The position numbers and the translations under genes are program-made. From Saprolegnia diclina VS20 (Eukaryota): a stretch of DNA of 64,000 nucleotides. The notes under the pieces are model-generated. The model was not told the DNA's origin. It worked only from the letters and a program-made list of their open reading frames with translations, and made no database searches. The stretch is from NCBI RefSeq assembly GCF_000281045.1, contig NW_008246092.1, forward strand, positions 208,853 to 272,852. Direction: 5' to 3'. Of this stretch, positions 11,144 through 22,896 are shown one piece after another. Position 1 is the stretch's first letter, and each line of letters starts with the position of its first letter.

Positions 11144-11679
11144 CGGGCCTTTTTGCCTGCATTTGCTGGCAATTTATTGCTATATTCGATGCACAAAACT
11201 TCTTCGCGACCTCTGGATGTCTTCTCTTTGGTTTCGGATTGCACGCGTGAAGGCGACATACTCGACTCCATGAAGTGGGCATGCTACGTTATTGGACGTT
11301 GACTGCTGTCACGGTTCTCATGTAGTCGCGAGAAGTCTCGTTTCTCAACAGACTGGCGACAATCTCGCGAGCAGATGGACCTGGCTTGGATCGAAAATCT
11401 ACTTTGTACGCGCTTGTGCTGGAGCTCAAGGAAATACATTGAACTTATTCACAAAAGGATACATTTTCGACATGAAAAGCTAGAAAACAGGACTCGTACA
11501 AACGAAAACTTGCGTTTACCCCGTTTAATATGCAAGTCTTTTCCAATTCCTACGGGAAAACGTCTCTTCAAACGCGAGTTGCCAAGTGTGCTAACATGCG
11601 AGACGCTCTTTTGCCAGCATGCGCGAAACCTTGAGCATCTAGCGAGCAATCGATCGTATCAAGGTATCGAGTTGATACT

Positions 11680-12634
11680 ACCTCCTTGGTCTTGGCCACC
11701 CGAGACGCCAACGGTGTTGTCGTCTGCAGCGCACAAATGAATGCAATGCATCAAGACGACGCCATCGAGCAGTACCTCATGCGACTGCGAGCACACCGAA
11801 CTCGACGACTACGCAGACTGGAGGTGAACCCTAAAGTGGAGGCGAGTGCGCACCGATGCGACAGCTTCGAGCGACCGGGGTCGGCCCAACGGCGCTGGTG
11901 GTGTTGCCGACACGGTCGAACGCGGGCCTCGGGGCTCCTAGCGCATCGTTGAACTGTCCATGACACATCGTCGTCGAGGTGCCTTACGGCCGGCACCGCC
12001 GCTGAGCCACTCAAGTACGCATGAAGGTATCTAGCAATTGTACATCACATAAAATTGCGAGTCGCAAATGAAAAGACCAACGCTTTGGGCCACGGCGGCT
12101 GCATGCGGACGCGTCGCTTGAGCGCGCACTCGGGGTCCTCGATGACCAATCGCTCTGCCAACGTCGTCGTCTATATAAAATCGGTCAGATCAAATAGCGC
12201 GATGTTAATGTCTACAGTGGTGGCTTTGTGCAGCGTCCGATCGCGCACGACGCGCAGACTGTCGCGGATCGTCGTTGTCTCGGGCTCGGTGTCGTATGTG
12301 TTTTGGCAGACAATAGCTTGCTCGACGATGTCCTTCATCGAGTCGGGCCGCTTGCAAAGCCCCGTCCGTCGCAGCCGCGCACAGTGGCGCGTTGCCGGTG
12401 GTACGTGGGGCGTCGGAGCGACAGCTTCGACATCGCGCCATACACTCGAGGGCAGAGGCGGTCGCAGCGTGGGCCGAATGATCCGGTATCCCTCCTTCGA
12501 AGTGGCCATCGACTAGAACATATTGAGGCATGTACGACTCTGAACTCTGCACATCGATTCGCACGTACGCTGGACGACCGCGGCGACGGTATCGCAATGC
12601 CCCACGCCGCAAGGAGGTCGAACTCGGCGGCCAT
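11680..12634 (-). CDS. Hypothetical multi-exon protein (3' end uncertain)
   Basis: ATG 12634 MAAEFDLLAAWGIAIPSPRSSS, then a GT-AG intron into the 12171-12509 ORF; further short intron-like segments follow. No recognisable domain. Confidence 0.4.
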
Positions 12635-12750
12635 GGCTTTTCAAGATACGTGTGCTTGCGTTTGATTGGGCAGCGAAGCGCCACAAACGTTTCGTTTTCA
12701 CCGTCGACCATCCAGTGATTAGGTAAGACATACATCCAAATAAGAGTCTT

Positions 12751-13187
12751 TCAATCGTATTGCGACCGACGTCGGGCGATGCGCTTGGCTTTGCGAAGCG
12801 CTGCATAGTGCTCTTGGTGCGCCAAGGCGACTTCAGTGTCGAGCATGAGCTGGGCCGCTTCCGCGCGGACTTGCGCCGACCAGAGGCGCTACGCAACATG
12901 GCAGGATACCGTCCGTGAACGAGTCCAATGACACGTAGAATTGGGTACAGCGGAAGCCGACGCTATCGGGGCTTCCAGCAAGGCGCGCTCGAGAGCAATG
13001 CCGTGCATTTGGCGCTCCCATGCCTACGCGCCGCCGTCATCATTACCATCATTGCAGCCACCGTGAGCGACGTGTGCATCGGACACAACCGCATTGGTAC
13101 CTGCAAATAGCTGTGGGTCGAGCGAGGGCGCTACGCAATATGCATCGAGGCCGATGCAACTACTAGCCGTACCGTCGTCGGCGTCAT
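12751..13187 (-). CDS. Small hypothetical protein (about 88 aa, 4 exons)
   Basis: Three phase-0 GT-AG introns join MTPTT|RPRSTHSYLQ|AWERQMHGIALERALLEAPIASASA|RLWSAQVRAEAAQLMLDTEVALAHQEHYAALRKAKRIARRRSQYD*. Confidence 0.5.
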
Positions 13188-13291
13188 TGCAAGGTCGTCG
13201 TAGAAAGGTTGGTCCGGATAAGAATAACTCGGTGGTCCTATTTTCGGGTGTCGTTTTTGCGGCAACCGCTATTGGGCAATGCAGTAGGCGC

Positions 13292-15869
13292 ATGACATCG
13301 ACCGCGCGCCTACGAAGCAACGCCGCGCCGACGTACAAGGTCCATCCGGGCGCCGCGACCGCCGACGACGACGACGCCAACGAGCGCGACGACCGGCTCC
13401 GGCACAACAAAGAGTTCATCGAAGAAGAGACGGCGCTCGCGATCTCGGCCATTGTCAAATGGTACCTTGATCGTTCCAGCCACGTCTTGATCGGTCGTGT
13501 AGGTGGCGCATGCGCCGTCTGCAAGCGCGCATCAAGAGCAAATGGGTACGCTCGGGACGCTCCCTCATGCCTCATGAAATGGTAGTCCCCCGAGCAACTC
13601 CGAGAGCTGCACGAGACGCAGCGAAGGAAGCGGGTGCAGGCGCGCATCCGAGACATCTTGATCTACTGCGTCTACCTCTATATCTTTTGCACCGCAACGC
13701 TGCTGCCGTACAAAGACGCGAGTCCGTACTATTTTGCGCGGAATCTTCGCGGTACGTGGAGCTTGCGTAACTCGCGTGACCTCCTTCGTTGTCGCAGGCC
13801 TCTTTGAAGACGCTCTCTTCACGGTGCGAGGCAGTGCGACGCCCATGAGGTTCCATGAGATCCGATCGACGGACCACGTCCACGCTTGGCTGCAAGGACC
13901 GCTCCTCTCTGGTCTCTACAGCAATAGCAACGCCAATCTGAATACGGGCGCGGTGCTGGGTGGGACAGGCCAGCTCGTCGGCGCGGCGAGTATTGGGACG
14001 CTGCGCGTCAACCGTCAAGACTGCACGAGCGTCCTCCCCACTGGCGTCACCACGGACACTTCGGTAGCTCGTCTTAAGCGATCGAATATGGAACTGGACT
14101 CATGACTATGTGTAGACCTACTACTGCTACGGCACGACAGCCGCGGGGCTCTTCAGCACGGATGTCGAGTCGACGTCGGCCTTCGGCAGCAACAACGGGT
14201 CGGACTTTAGCTACGACCATGCGGTCAACGTCGCGAGCTGTCGGACAAAGTTCTTTTCAAGCATCGCATCCGAAATGTCAACCGCCAGTTACCCGTGCCC
14301 GGGCTTTGTGCAGCTGTTACCGCAGTCGAGTGCATCCATCGCTTCCTTGCGCGTCTCGAATCTGCAAGCGTACGGGTATATCGATGCGGCAACACGGGCG
14401 ATCCTCGTCGAAATCAACGTCGCCAACATCATGCTTCGCCGCCTCGTCGTGCTGCGCTTCCTCCTCGAGTTCCCCCCGTCCGGGGGGGTCTTGCCGTCGT
14501 CCAGTGTGCAGCTCGCACCGTACGTCAATGGCTCGTTCGATTTCGAGACGCAGTGGTCGATCGCGCTTCTCGGGCTCTTTTACGCGTACTTGATCGCGCG
14601 CCTCGTGTACATGGGCCGGCGCGAAGGGTGGCCGGCGTTTCGGTGTCTCGGCCCGTGGGTCGACGCCGCCAACATCTTGTGCTACCTTGTCATGTGGCTG
14701 CTTCGGATGTCGATGGGTCTCGACATTCCGTCGACGCTGCTCCAGAGTGATGCCTTCAGCAGCTTTGCGCCGTACGCGACGTTCAACCAGCTCAGCGACG
14801 GCTTTGCGGCGGCGACGGCGTTCCTCAGCTTTCTTCGGCTCATTCTCTTGCTCGACATCATCCCGCACGTCGCTCTCATCGTGCATATTTTCGTGGCGTC
14901 CGTCGCGGAAGTTGCCGGCTTTTTCCTCGCCTTTGGACTGCTCGTGTATGCGTATGCCGCTGCGTTTGTGCTGGTCTTTGGGTCCGCGGCGGCCGACTTT
15001 CGCACCGTCCCGACCGCATACGCGTCGCTTCTGCGGTCGCTTGTCGGCGACATCGACTATGCCGCGCTCTCGGCGGCCAACCCCGTGGCGGCGCCGCTCT
15101 TTTTGGCGGCGTTTACGCTCACCGCTGTGTTTGTGATTTTGACGATTCTGATTGGTGGGCCGAAAGTGTCTCATGTGGACAATGTGTCTGATATGTAAAT
15201 TACTGCGTAGCCATCATGCAAGACGCGTACTGGAAAGGGAAGGAGAAGACCGAGTGGGACCGCGTTAGCCTCGTGTTTGAGACCGTGAGCTACGTCTGGT
15301 CGGCCTCCAACAGCATGATTCGACTCCTCGCCAACTGGTTTGGGGTGCGCGCGGCGCTGGACGCCAAGGCCAAGTCGCACAAGCCCAATGCTGCTGCCGT
15401 CGTCACCGCAGCGCCGTCGACGCGCCTCTCCATGGTGCAAAACATGGTGCTCAAGCCCCTTCTCTCGACGCAAGAGACGCTCACGCGCGTTGGATCGCAG
15501 CTCACAAAGAACCAGCTCATCCAGTCGGGCGTGCAATCGCTCAAGAAAGGGTCGAGCGTCATGAGCAGCGCCAAGGACCACCTCGTGAACCAGATCACGT
15601 CGGCCAACTTGCTCTCGGGTATGAACCCAGGCGGCAGCAGCGAGAATCACTTGACGTACGCGTATGGGGCCGCCAACGACGAGCAGATCAAGGCGCTACA
15701 GGGCATGATCGTGCAGCTAGCCCACCAAAACACAAAGATCCAGCACACGCTCGGGCAGCTCCAGGCGCAGTTGGCCGATTTACGGGGCGACCACCCGCCC
15801 AGCGACGGCACGTCCGCCGTTGAACCCCCGCTGGACAGCCGCTTAGGACCTACGACCCCATCCTCCTAA
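13292..15869 (+). CDS. Polycystin-2 (TRPP/PKD2)-like cation channel, multi-exon
   Basis: S1 followed by a TOP domain (GTLRV, GYIDAATRAILVE, LEFPPSGGVLPS), six TM helices, pore region FRTVPTAYASLLRSLVGDIDY, C-terminal coiled coil. Confidence 0.85.
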
Positions 15870-16012
15870 CTTATTATTTGCCTTCACATTCCGATCTATG
15901 GCGGCTACGAACGAACGCGCCAGTACTGTCCTTTTGCGATAGTACTATTTCAAACGTAGTGGCGAGGCGTACGGCTGAAATACATAGTTGGAAGGAAACT
16001 AGAGTCGTCTGA

Positions 16013-18099
16013 CTACTCGAGGGTGCTCTTGGCAGTGGACTTGAAGCCCGCAAAGGTAATGGACCGCCTTTTGGGCTTCTTGGCCTCGCCGTCGTCGCCC
16101 AAGCTCGTCGGCGGGAGGCCAATCTCAATGTCATCCCGCGTCGCCATCGGGTTGCTCGACTCTCGCCGCAAGAAAATGCCGAGGTTGCGCTGGCTGCTGT
16201 AGCCCATGAGGAGCGTTCCCATCGGCGACATGTTGAGAAAGTTGTCGATGGCTTGGCGGTTCACCGTCTCGTCGTCCGTCTCGTCGTCGTCTTGCGCCAC
16301 CGCGGTCCTGTCGCCAGGTAATGTAGTTGCGTCGTCTGGCGCGGTGGTCACGGCCGACGTCGCCTCGTCACTGTTGCTTCCGTCGCCCTCTTCCTCGGCG
16401 ATCGTCGGCTCGGTCTGACCTGGCACGGGCTTGGGGTTGTGCCAATATGAGCTCATGTTGCGCTGGGAGGTCGCGAGGCTGCGGCGTTTCTTGAGCGTCG
16501 GTGGCGGCGCGCTTAGCGACCGCTGCGCCAAGAGCGCGACGCCCCCGATTGTCGTCAATATGCCCAGCACAAACATGCTGGCTTGAAACTCGCTGAACGA
16601 CCGAATCTCTTCAAAGTACACGGCGCCGCCCATGACACCGCTAATGATCCAGTACGCCTACGCGACGCTCGCCATCGAGTCGATACTCTCGTCCGACGTA
16701 CTTGGTAGATCGGGACGACGGAGAGCGCGTCGTAGTTGACAAGACCGCCGTTGAGAAAATGCATTTGCAAAACGAGGCAAAAGCCCAGCGCGACAATGAT
16801 CGCGTACGTCTCGGGGTGCGTAAAGCAGTCGCCGCCGTTGATGAACGACTTGACGAGCTCAGCTGTCGACTTGGCGAAGAGCACCGACTGCCCGCCCATG
16901 AGCCCGCCCATGCTACACCCATGTTTGTACGATCGACCAACTAGAAGCACGTACCCCGAGTAGGCAACGAGGCGCACGGTCGACCACATGGCGGGTTGTC
17001 CGACGTTGATCATGCGGTGGCGGCTCGATGCGAGGTTGAGGTGCTCGACAAACTTGATCATGGCGTAGTGCAGTAATATGAGCAGCACGACAATCACAAA
17101 ATAGACAACTAGCGCATTGTGTGAGCACGACGTGATGTGAGACGCGCCTACTGGTGTACGTGTTGTCGTACAGCAGCTTGAGGTCGTCGAGCGTATACGA
17201 CGGCGAGTTGTGCGAGGCAAAGACGACCGCAAGCGTCGCACCAAGAAAGATGATGAGCGTCGCCCAAATGTCCTTGCGTGAAAGCCGCTCCTTGTTGAAG
17301 CATGGCGCGAGGAGCTAATCAAGGCACGGAGCTATAGCCTATGGACGTGGATGCGAGAAGCTACCATGTTCCAGACGAGCGTCAACGCAGCGAGCGGCGC
17401 CAAAAGGCTCTGTGGCGCGAGGCCAAACGCAACAAAGTCCAAGAGTGACCCGATCAGGATCAAGACAAACCCGAGCGTCCAGAGCGGGAGGCGGAACGGT
17501 GAGAGCGGCGCCGTGTTACTTTCCTGCGCCTTGAGCTCGTTTTGCTTGAGCGCCTTCTTTTGCAAGTTGATACCGACGCTTGCGAGGAACGAGAAGACGA
17601 CCGAGATGACAAAGCCGGCGATCCACGCGCCACGGTTCGGCCCCGCGTACGCAAAGGTGATGCACTTGTCTTGGTCGATCTTGCCGCAAGTTGTCTCGGC
17701 GGCGGGCTTGAGCATGGCCGCGACGCTCGAGCAGTTGGCCTTGAGGCTGGCTTGGCACGCCGTGGCGCACAGCGGGCGCGCTTGGGTGAGTTCACAGGCT
17801 GGAAACGCCTTGGCGCACGCGATCTCTTTCAGCGACGCGCTACATGTAGATGCGTCGGCGCCCATCGGCTCGCGCAGCGTGGCGTTGAGGAAGGCAAAGG
17901 TGGCAGCTGCCATCGCGTCTTGCTGCTCGAGGCTCTTGCCTTGCATGGCACACACCGGGTATGAGCTCCGGAGGCTTCCGCAGAAGGTCAGAGCCTCCGT
18001 CATGGAGACGCAGCTGGAGCACGCGATGGCCTCGACGGCGCCAGCGCCATGCATGGTCATGGCCACGGTGGCGGCGAAGGCGACGGCCGCGCGCCTCAT
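16013..18099 (-). CDS. NIPA-family (DMT) Mg2+ transporter with signal peptide and N-terminal 12-Cys Frizzled-like domain, multi-exon
   Basis: GINLQKK, LWTLGF, DFVAFGLAPQSLLAPLAALTLVWN, SVLFAK, FLNGGL..YDALSVVPIYQ, GAVYFEE. Confidence 0.88.
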
Positions 18100-19041
18100 G
18101 TCGTCGGCAAATTAGATTTCTGCGCGGCTGCGATTTCATTGGCATAAAATTTCGAACGAAATTAATATTCCCACCGACCGACCCTTCATTTGCTTTTTGT
18201 ATGTAGCTTCGCCACCAGCAAAAAATGTCGCCGGGTTGCGTTCTTTCCCTGCTATATTCGATACAATGAGATATGTGTTTATAGAGGTTTGAAACGGTCG
18301 CCCAATAAAATGACAGGTGCGTTCACGATCGACGACAGGTGGTTTTAAAAAGTCGAGCTGCAGACTCTGGGTTTGTATGTGACGTCGGTCAATGTCGGAC
18401 CCGCATGTATTAAAATGTAACATATTTAAATAATATTGGGGTCGGCGGTATGAAAATGCCTTCATTCACGAGTGAAACGGCGGGTTCTGCTGCAGGCAGT
18501 GACGTGCGTTCATCATCAGTAGGCATCCAACCGACACAAAGTCGCAAGAATCAACACATTTCCGCGCGAATCAAACCATAGTCGCCTGGCTCATGGTCCA
18601 AGAAACCAAAAAACGTAGTTGTTGTCGATACCGTGTATTAAATATATTTAGTGGTTTAGCCGACCACCAAGGGCATATTGGCATACTAGCCTTTCAAATA
18701 CCTCAATACATCAAGGCACCAGACGATAGCTCTCCATCGTGTTAGGGTATTACTCTATGGACACGATTATCTCGGTGCGTCTGGCTGGAAAAACATGGAC
18801 TGCATGCTCACGTTGTGGTTGCGCTCCGATATTGCCGAGTCGAGGAGCCCTTTTCGCTCGACCTTGTTGGCGCGCTGCAGTGCCTATCGTACAGAGCACA
18901 ACACTCGTGTCACCTCGCTTGAACGAGAAGCGTACTTGTTCGAGAAAGGCTTGGTTGTAAGCGAGGTGCTTGGCCGTGGTCGCTTTGAGATGGTTCTCTT
19001 CGTACAGCTTTGTCTCATAGTCTTTGGCCGCCGCATATGTG

Positions 19042-20202
19042 TCAATGCGCTCCAGGTGGTTCTACTTCATAGCTCCAGTTGCGACTCGTCAAGCCGTCGA
19101 TTACCGTGAGGATTTCCCTTTTGGCTTTTCGGCGACCTTCTTTGCGGCTTTGATCGACCACTTGGGGCAAGAGGCGCGCGCGGCGAAGGCTCTTGGGCGT
19201 GTTGCGCATGTCGCCGCCAAGCACGAGGGTCGTTGCTGTCTGCGGAATGACACCGTCGGCGAGCTTGGCCGAGTAGCGCGTCGGGGACGGCAGCGTGCCC
19301 TCGTGTGCCAAATGGTTGATGTTGAACGCAGCTTTTTCAAGTGTGTTGCCCTCTGTGACCGTGGTCGTGACGGTGATGCGTGGCAGTGTCGGCGGTGCCG
19401 GCGTTATCTCCTCGAGGACGCACGCAGTCGGCGGCTTCTTTCGTCGGCTCATCGAACTGGGAATTGGCACGCGCGACGGCTCCTTTAATCGCTCTTGGAG
19501 CAGCGCCACAGTCCGTTCGTGCCGTGCAATGGGGTCTTCACTAACTGTCGGTGGCAAGTCAAATTGCCTAGTTGGAGAGAAAATGCATCATGGCTATATG
19601 TCGCACGAAGGTAGTATGACTTACTTGGCAAACGACTTGTAGTGTACTTGTTCGGCGTTATTGTCAACTTCACGAAAGAGTTGTCGAACTTGGTCTTCCT
19701 TGAGCCCTACGGATGCGACGTGACCATCGCATGAGAACGGTGGAAATGACTTACCAAAGTTCATCTTGGTAAACGTATCGACAATGTCGTCGACGCTCAC
19801 ATAGCCCGTGCGCGCATTGTCCTTGATGGACAGCGCGGCGATGATGGCATTCGAAATGGCCCCGTAGCCCGCCGGAGACCCGTACCAGCTCTCCGTCTTG
19901 AAGTTCTTAGTTTCGTGCTGGTGTCGCAGAATGTTTTGTACAAGGAGGTCCTATGGCTTCCGTGTTAGTCCACGGCCATTCGTCAAACACCTAGCTTGGA
20001 TGCGCTGCGGCGGCGGGGTGGAATTCACAGCCCCGGGGGGCGAGGGCCGAAGCAGCGGGGGCGGGCGTTCCGGGCTCGGTAATGTCTGCTGCGGATGGCC
20101 AGCCGCCCGACGACAATGCAGCTGGGACCCGAACGTGCCCTCGACCTCCTGCCGCTTCTTAGAGTTCGCGTTGCCCACATATCGCCGCTTCTTGAGCGAC
20201 AT
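19042..20202 (-). CDS. Hypothetical protein with EF-hand-like pair, multi-exon
   Basis: Spliced segments KDNARTGYVSVDDIVDTF and LKEDQVRQLFREVDNNAEQVHYKSF resemble degenerate EF-hands; boundaries approximate. Confidence 0.55.
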
Positions 20203-21224
20203 GGGCGCGTTCGTTTCGCTTCTATATAAAGGCCGCACAGCGGCACTCGAGATTGTGCACCCGAGCTACATGAAACAATGACAGAATTGTACACATGCTA
20301 TTTGGACAATTTGGCCAGTGCTATCGAGAAAACTTCGATTGCACGCTAGAGACGCTGCTCGATTTTGGGCTGCCTGGGGCAAAGTACTTGCTGTAGTGTT
20401 TCGTTCTGGGAATACGGGATGTCGACGAGAGGCGAGGCGCCGACGTTTAGCATTTCATGGTGCTGTGGGAGCTATGGCGCTACGTCACCAGCGTGCCAGC
20501 GTATAGGTGGCGGTAGAGTAGCATCTTCTTGCGCATCAAATAGGCGCAGCCAAAGTCATGGCGGGCCTCTACAGTAGACTCGTCGCCGGCGAGTATCTCG
20601 GATTTTAACGTAAACCACATGTAAAACAACTAAAGCAATCCTCAAATTCAGTGAGGAATACAACAAATGGTCGACAATCCGCACCTCTGACGTGGCACGG
20701 CGGTGTCATCACCACGTTACAACGTGCCCGCACCACGGGGTTGCATCGGCCACTCGACTTCTCGTCGAACTCGAAGGCTCGTGTTGATTTGGTGCTTACG
20801 TCAACGTTACGTAGAGGGCTAAGCACGAGGCAGGCGGGCGTAGACGCGCGCTGCCCTGTTGACGTCGACAGAACGCCTGTCCAAGATCGCGATTGCACCA
20901 ATCACAACCCGCGAATCGCGTGCGCAAAAACGAATGAAATCGCACTGCGATATTCGGCATTTGCCGAATATAGCGGGCAAGCAGCCTCGGCGCACAATCC
21001 TTTGCAATTCAGGACGACTTGTGCTGAAAGAAATGACGTGTGCAGGGTCGCATGCGACACGAACGGTCGTGGAATTTCGATTGCGCGGGCGCGTTCACCA
21101 GCTCATTCGTTGTGGCAGATGCCACCTCCCAACGCGACCGGACGCAAAAAGACGCGTCTCAATTCGAGTGTGCCGGGTTGACAAGCAGTCCGGTTGAGTT
21201 TGCTGTTGCACTTTCTATTCTCCC

Positions 21225-22103
21225 ATGCACCTCCTGCAACCACCATCGCTGCTGTCGCTGCCGACGGACGTTCGCGGCCACATCTACGGCTTCCTCCTCA
21301 GCGCCCGCCTCGGCTTTCGGCCATCCGCCTCGTCGTCGACGAACCCGCTCGCGTGGGTGGGGACGTGTCGCGCTATGTACGACGATGTCCAGGCGATGGA
21401 GCTCACAGAGCTTGCGATGGACTTTGCCACGACGCAGGCTTTTCTCGACACGATGTCCCGTCTTCCGCAGCGACTGATGCGTCAGCTCAAGAACGTTCGC
21501 ATGATCGGGTACCTCCTGCCGCTCAACCCCGACACACAAGCCTTTGCGCACCCGGCCGACGCAATCAATTTTTTTCCAGCTCTCCAACTCGACTCGATGG
21601 TCGTGGAAGATTACTTCCACTCGCCCAAAAGTGCCTCGGATGACTACCTCTCCCATGAAATGACGCGCCACCAAGTTTCGTACCTTCTCGCGACCGACGG
21701 CTGGAAGTCGCTGCAGTACGTGTCGTACTCGACTGGGTTTCTCTCGCTCGCGGGCGCCAGCCAAGTCGGCATGTGGGACAAGTTCCTCAAGGACATGTAC
21801 GGCCAAGACGCGAGTGTGACCGTGTACGTGGCCAAGGAGGCACACGCCGCGCCGGACGCATACCGCCTTCTCCGAAACGACCCAGCCCGCGTCCTCGACG
21901 ACCTCACTGACTTTGAGCATTGGGCACCCGAGATGGCTCAGAAGGCGCCGAGCCGACCGCGCGAAGTCCGATTGATTGCGAAGCGCGGTGCCACAAAGCC
22001 GCTCGTGCAGACGTGCAAAACACTGGACATTGCGAGCGATGCCTTTCAGCAGCAATACCTCTGGGCGACGACGATCGCCGACGATGCTCGCTCGGCCTAC
22101 TAG
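21225..22103 (+). CDS. Intronless 292-aa protein with F-box-like N-terminus, fungal-type hypothetical
   Basis: Uninterrupted ORF with coding-like codon bias; LLSLPTDVRGHIY..L, TCRAMYDD. Confidence 0.8.
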   Translation: MHLLQPPSLLSLPTDVRGHIYGFLLSARLGFRPSASSSTNPLAWVGTCRAMYDDVQAMELTELAMDFATTQAFLDTMSRLPQRLMRQLKNVRMIGYLLPLNPDTQAFAHPADAINFFPALQLDSMVVEDYFHSPKSASDDYLSHEMTRHQVSYLLATDGWKSLQYVSYSTGFLSLAGASQVGMWDKFLKDMYGQDASVTVYVAKEAHAAPDAYRLLRNDPARVLDDLTDFEHWAPEMAQKAPSRPREVRLIAKRGATKPLVQTCKTLDIASDAFQQQYLWATTIADDARSAY

Positions 22104-22896
22104 AAGCCGTCTACGTTTCTTTCTATTTATCTTAACACACTACTCGTCAACGTAGTCTTATTGTCTACTACTACTGTAGTAACGACGAAGTGATAGAAAT
22201 GTCTTGTCTGCAGAGGGTTTGACAATCGGCAGGCCTCAGCAATGCCTTGAAATGAGAGCTCTCGACCAAAGCATCGACAATCGTGGCGCTTTTGTCAGTT
22301 GCAATTCGCAGCGACGGGCTGCCACCAGGGCCGGTTCGACGATCGCAGCTCAGAGCCGACTGAAGTGGCTATTCAACGTAAGCTTACACATTTTCCAAGA
22401 AATGGGGCCCTGTTACCCTCAACAGTTGTGAAAGGACACAATGGACAGACAGAATGGACAGCACGTTGTCAGCGAAAGTAGCCAGCCGAATATGTTGGCA
22501 AACGTCAGCAAGTGTGCACCAGTATCTACCGGTACATGCAGAATCGTCGTCGTCGTTGCGGCGAGAGCCACATGCTGGATGCTGCGATAGAGCCGTGGCT
22601 ACGTGGCGTGAATAAAAGTTAGTCGACTAACGAAGAACTGCATACTGTGCGATGCCAAAAAGTCCTGTCCATCGCCAAGAGCAACCAACTGGGCGACAAA
22701 AATCTCGTCGTGGCGGCAAATCGAAGTTGAATCCGAAGTAGATCCTACGGTATCTTTTTCGGCCTGCACGTGTCCATACAAAACGAGAGATATTGGCCTG
22801 CTCTAGCCCGAAGTTCGAAGTCGATTGGAACGAGATTCAGTCTTATTGGTTGTAACGAAGCCAATCAGCGGTCCCGGCCAAGTCGTGACACATGCG

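Noticed and set aside
20300..21200. Long intergenic stretch as a transposon remnant
   Set aside because: No terminal repeats, target-site duplication, or transposase/RT motifs recognised.
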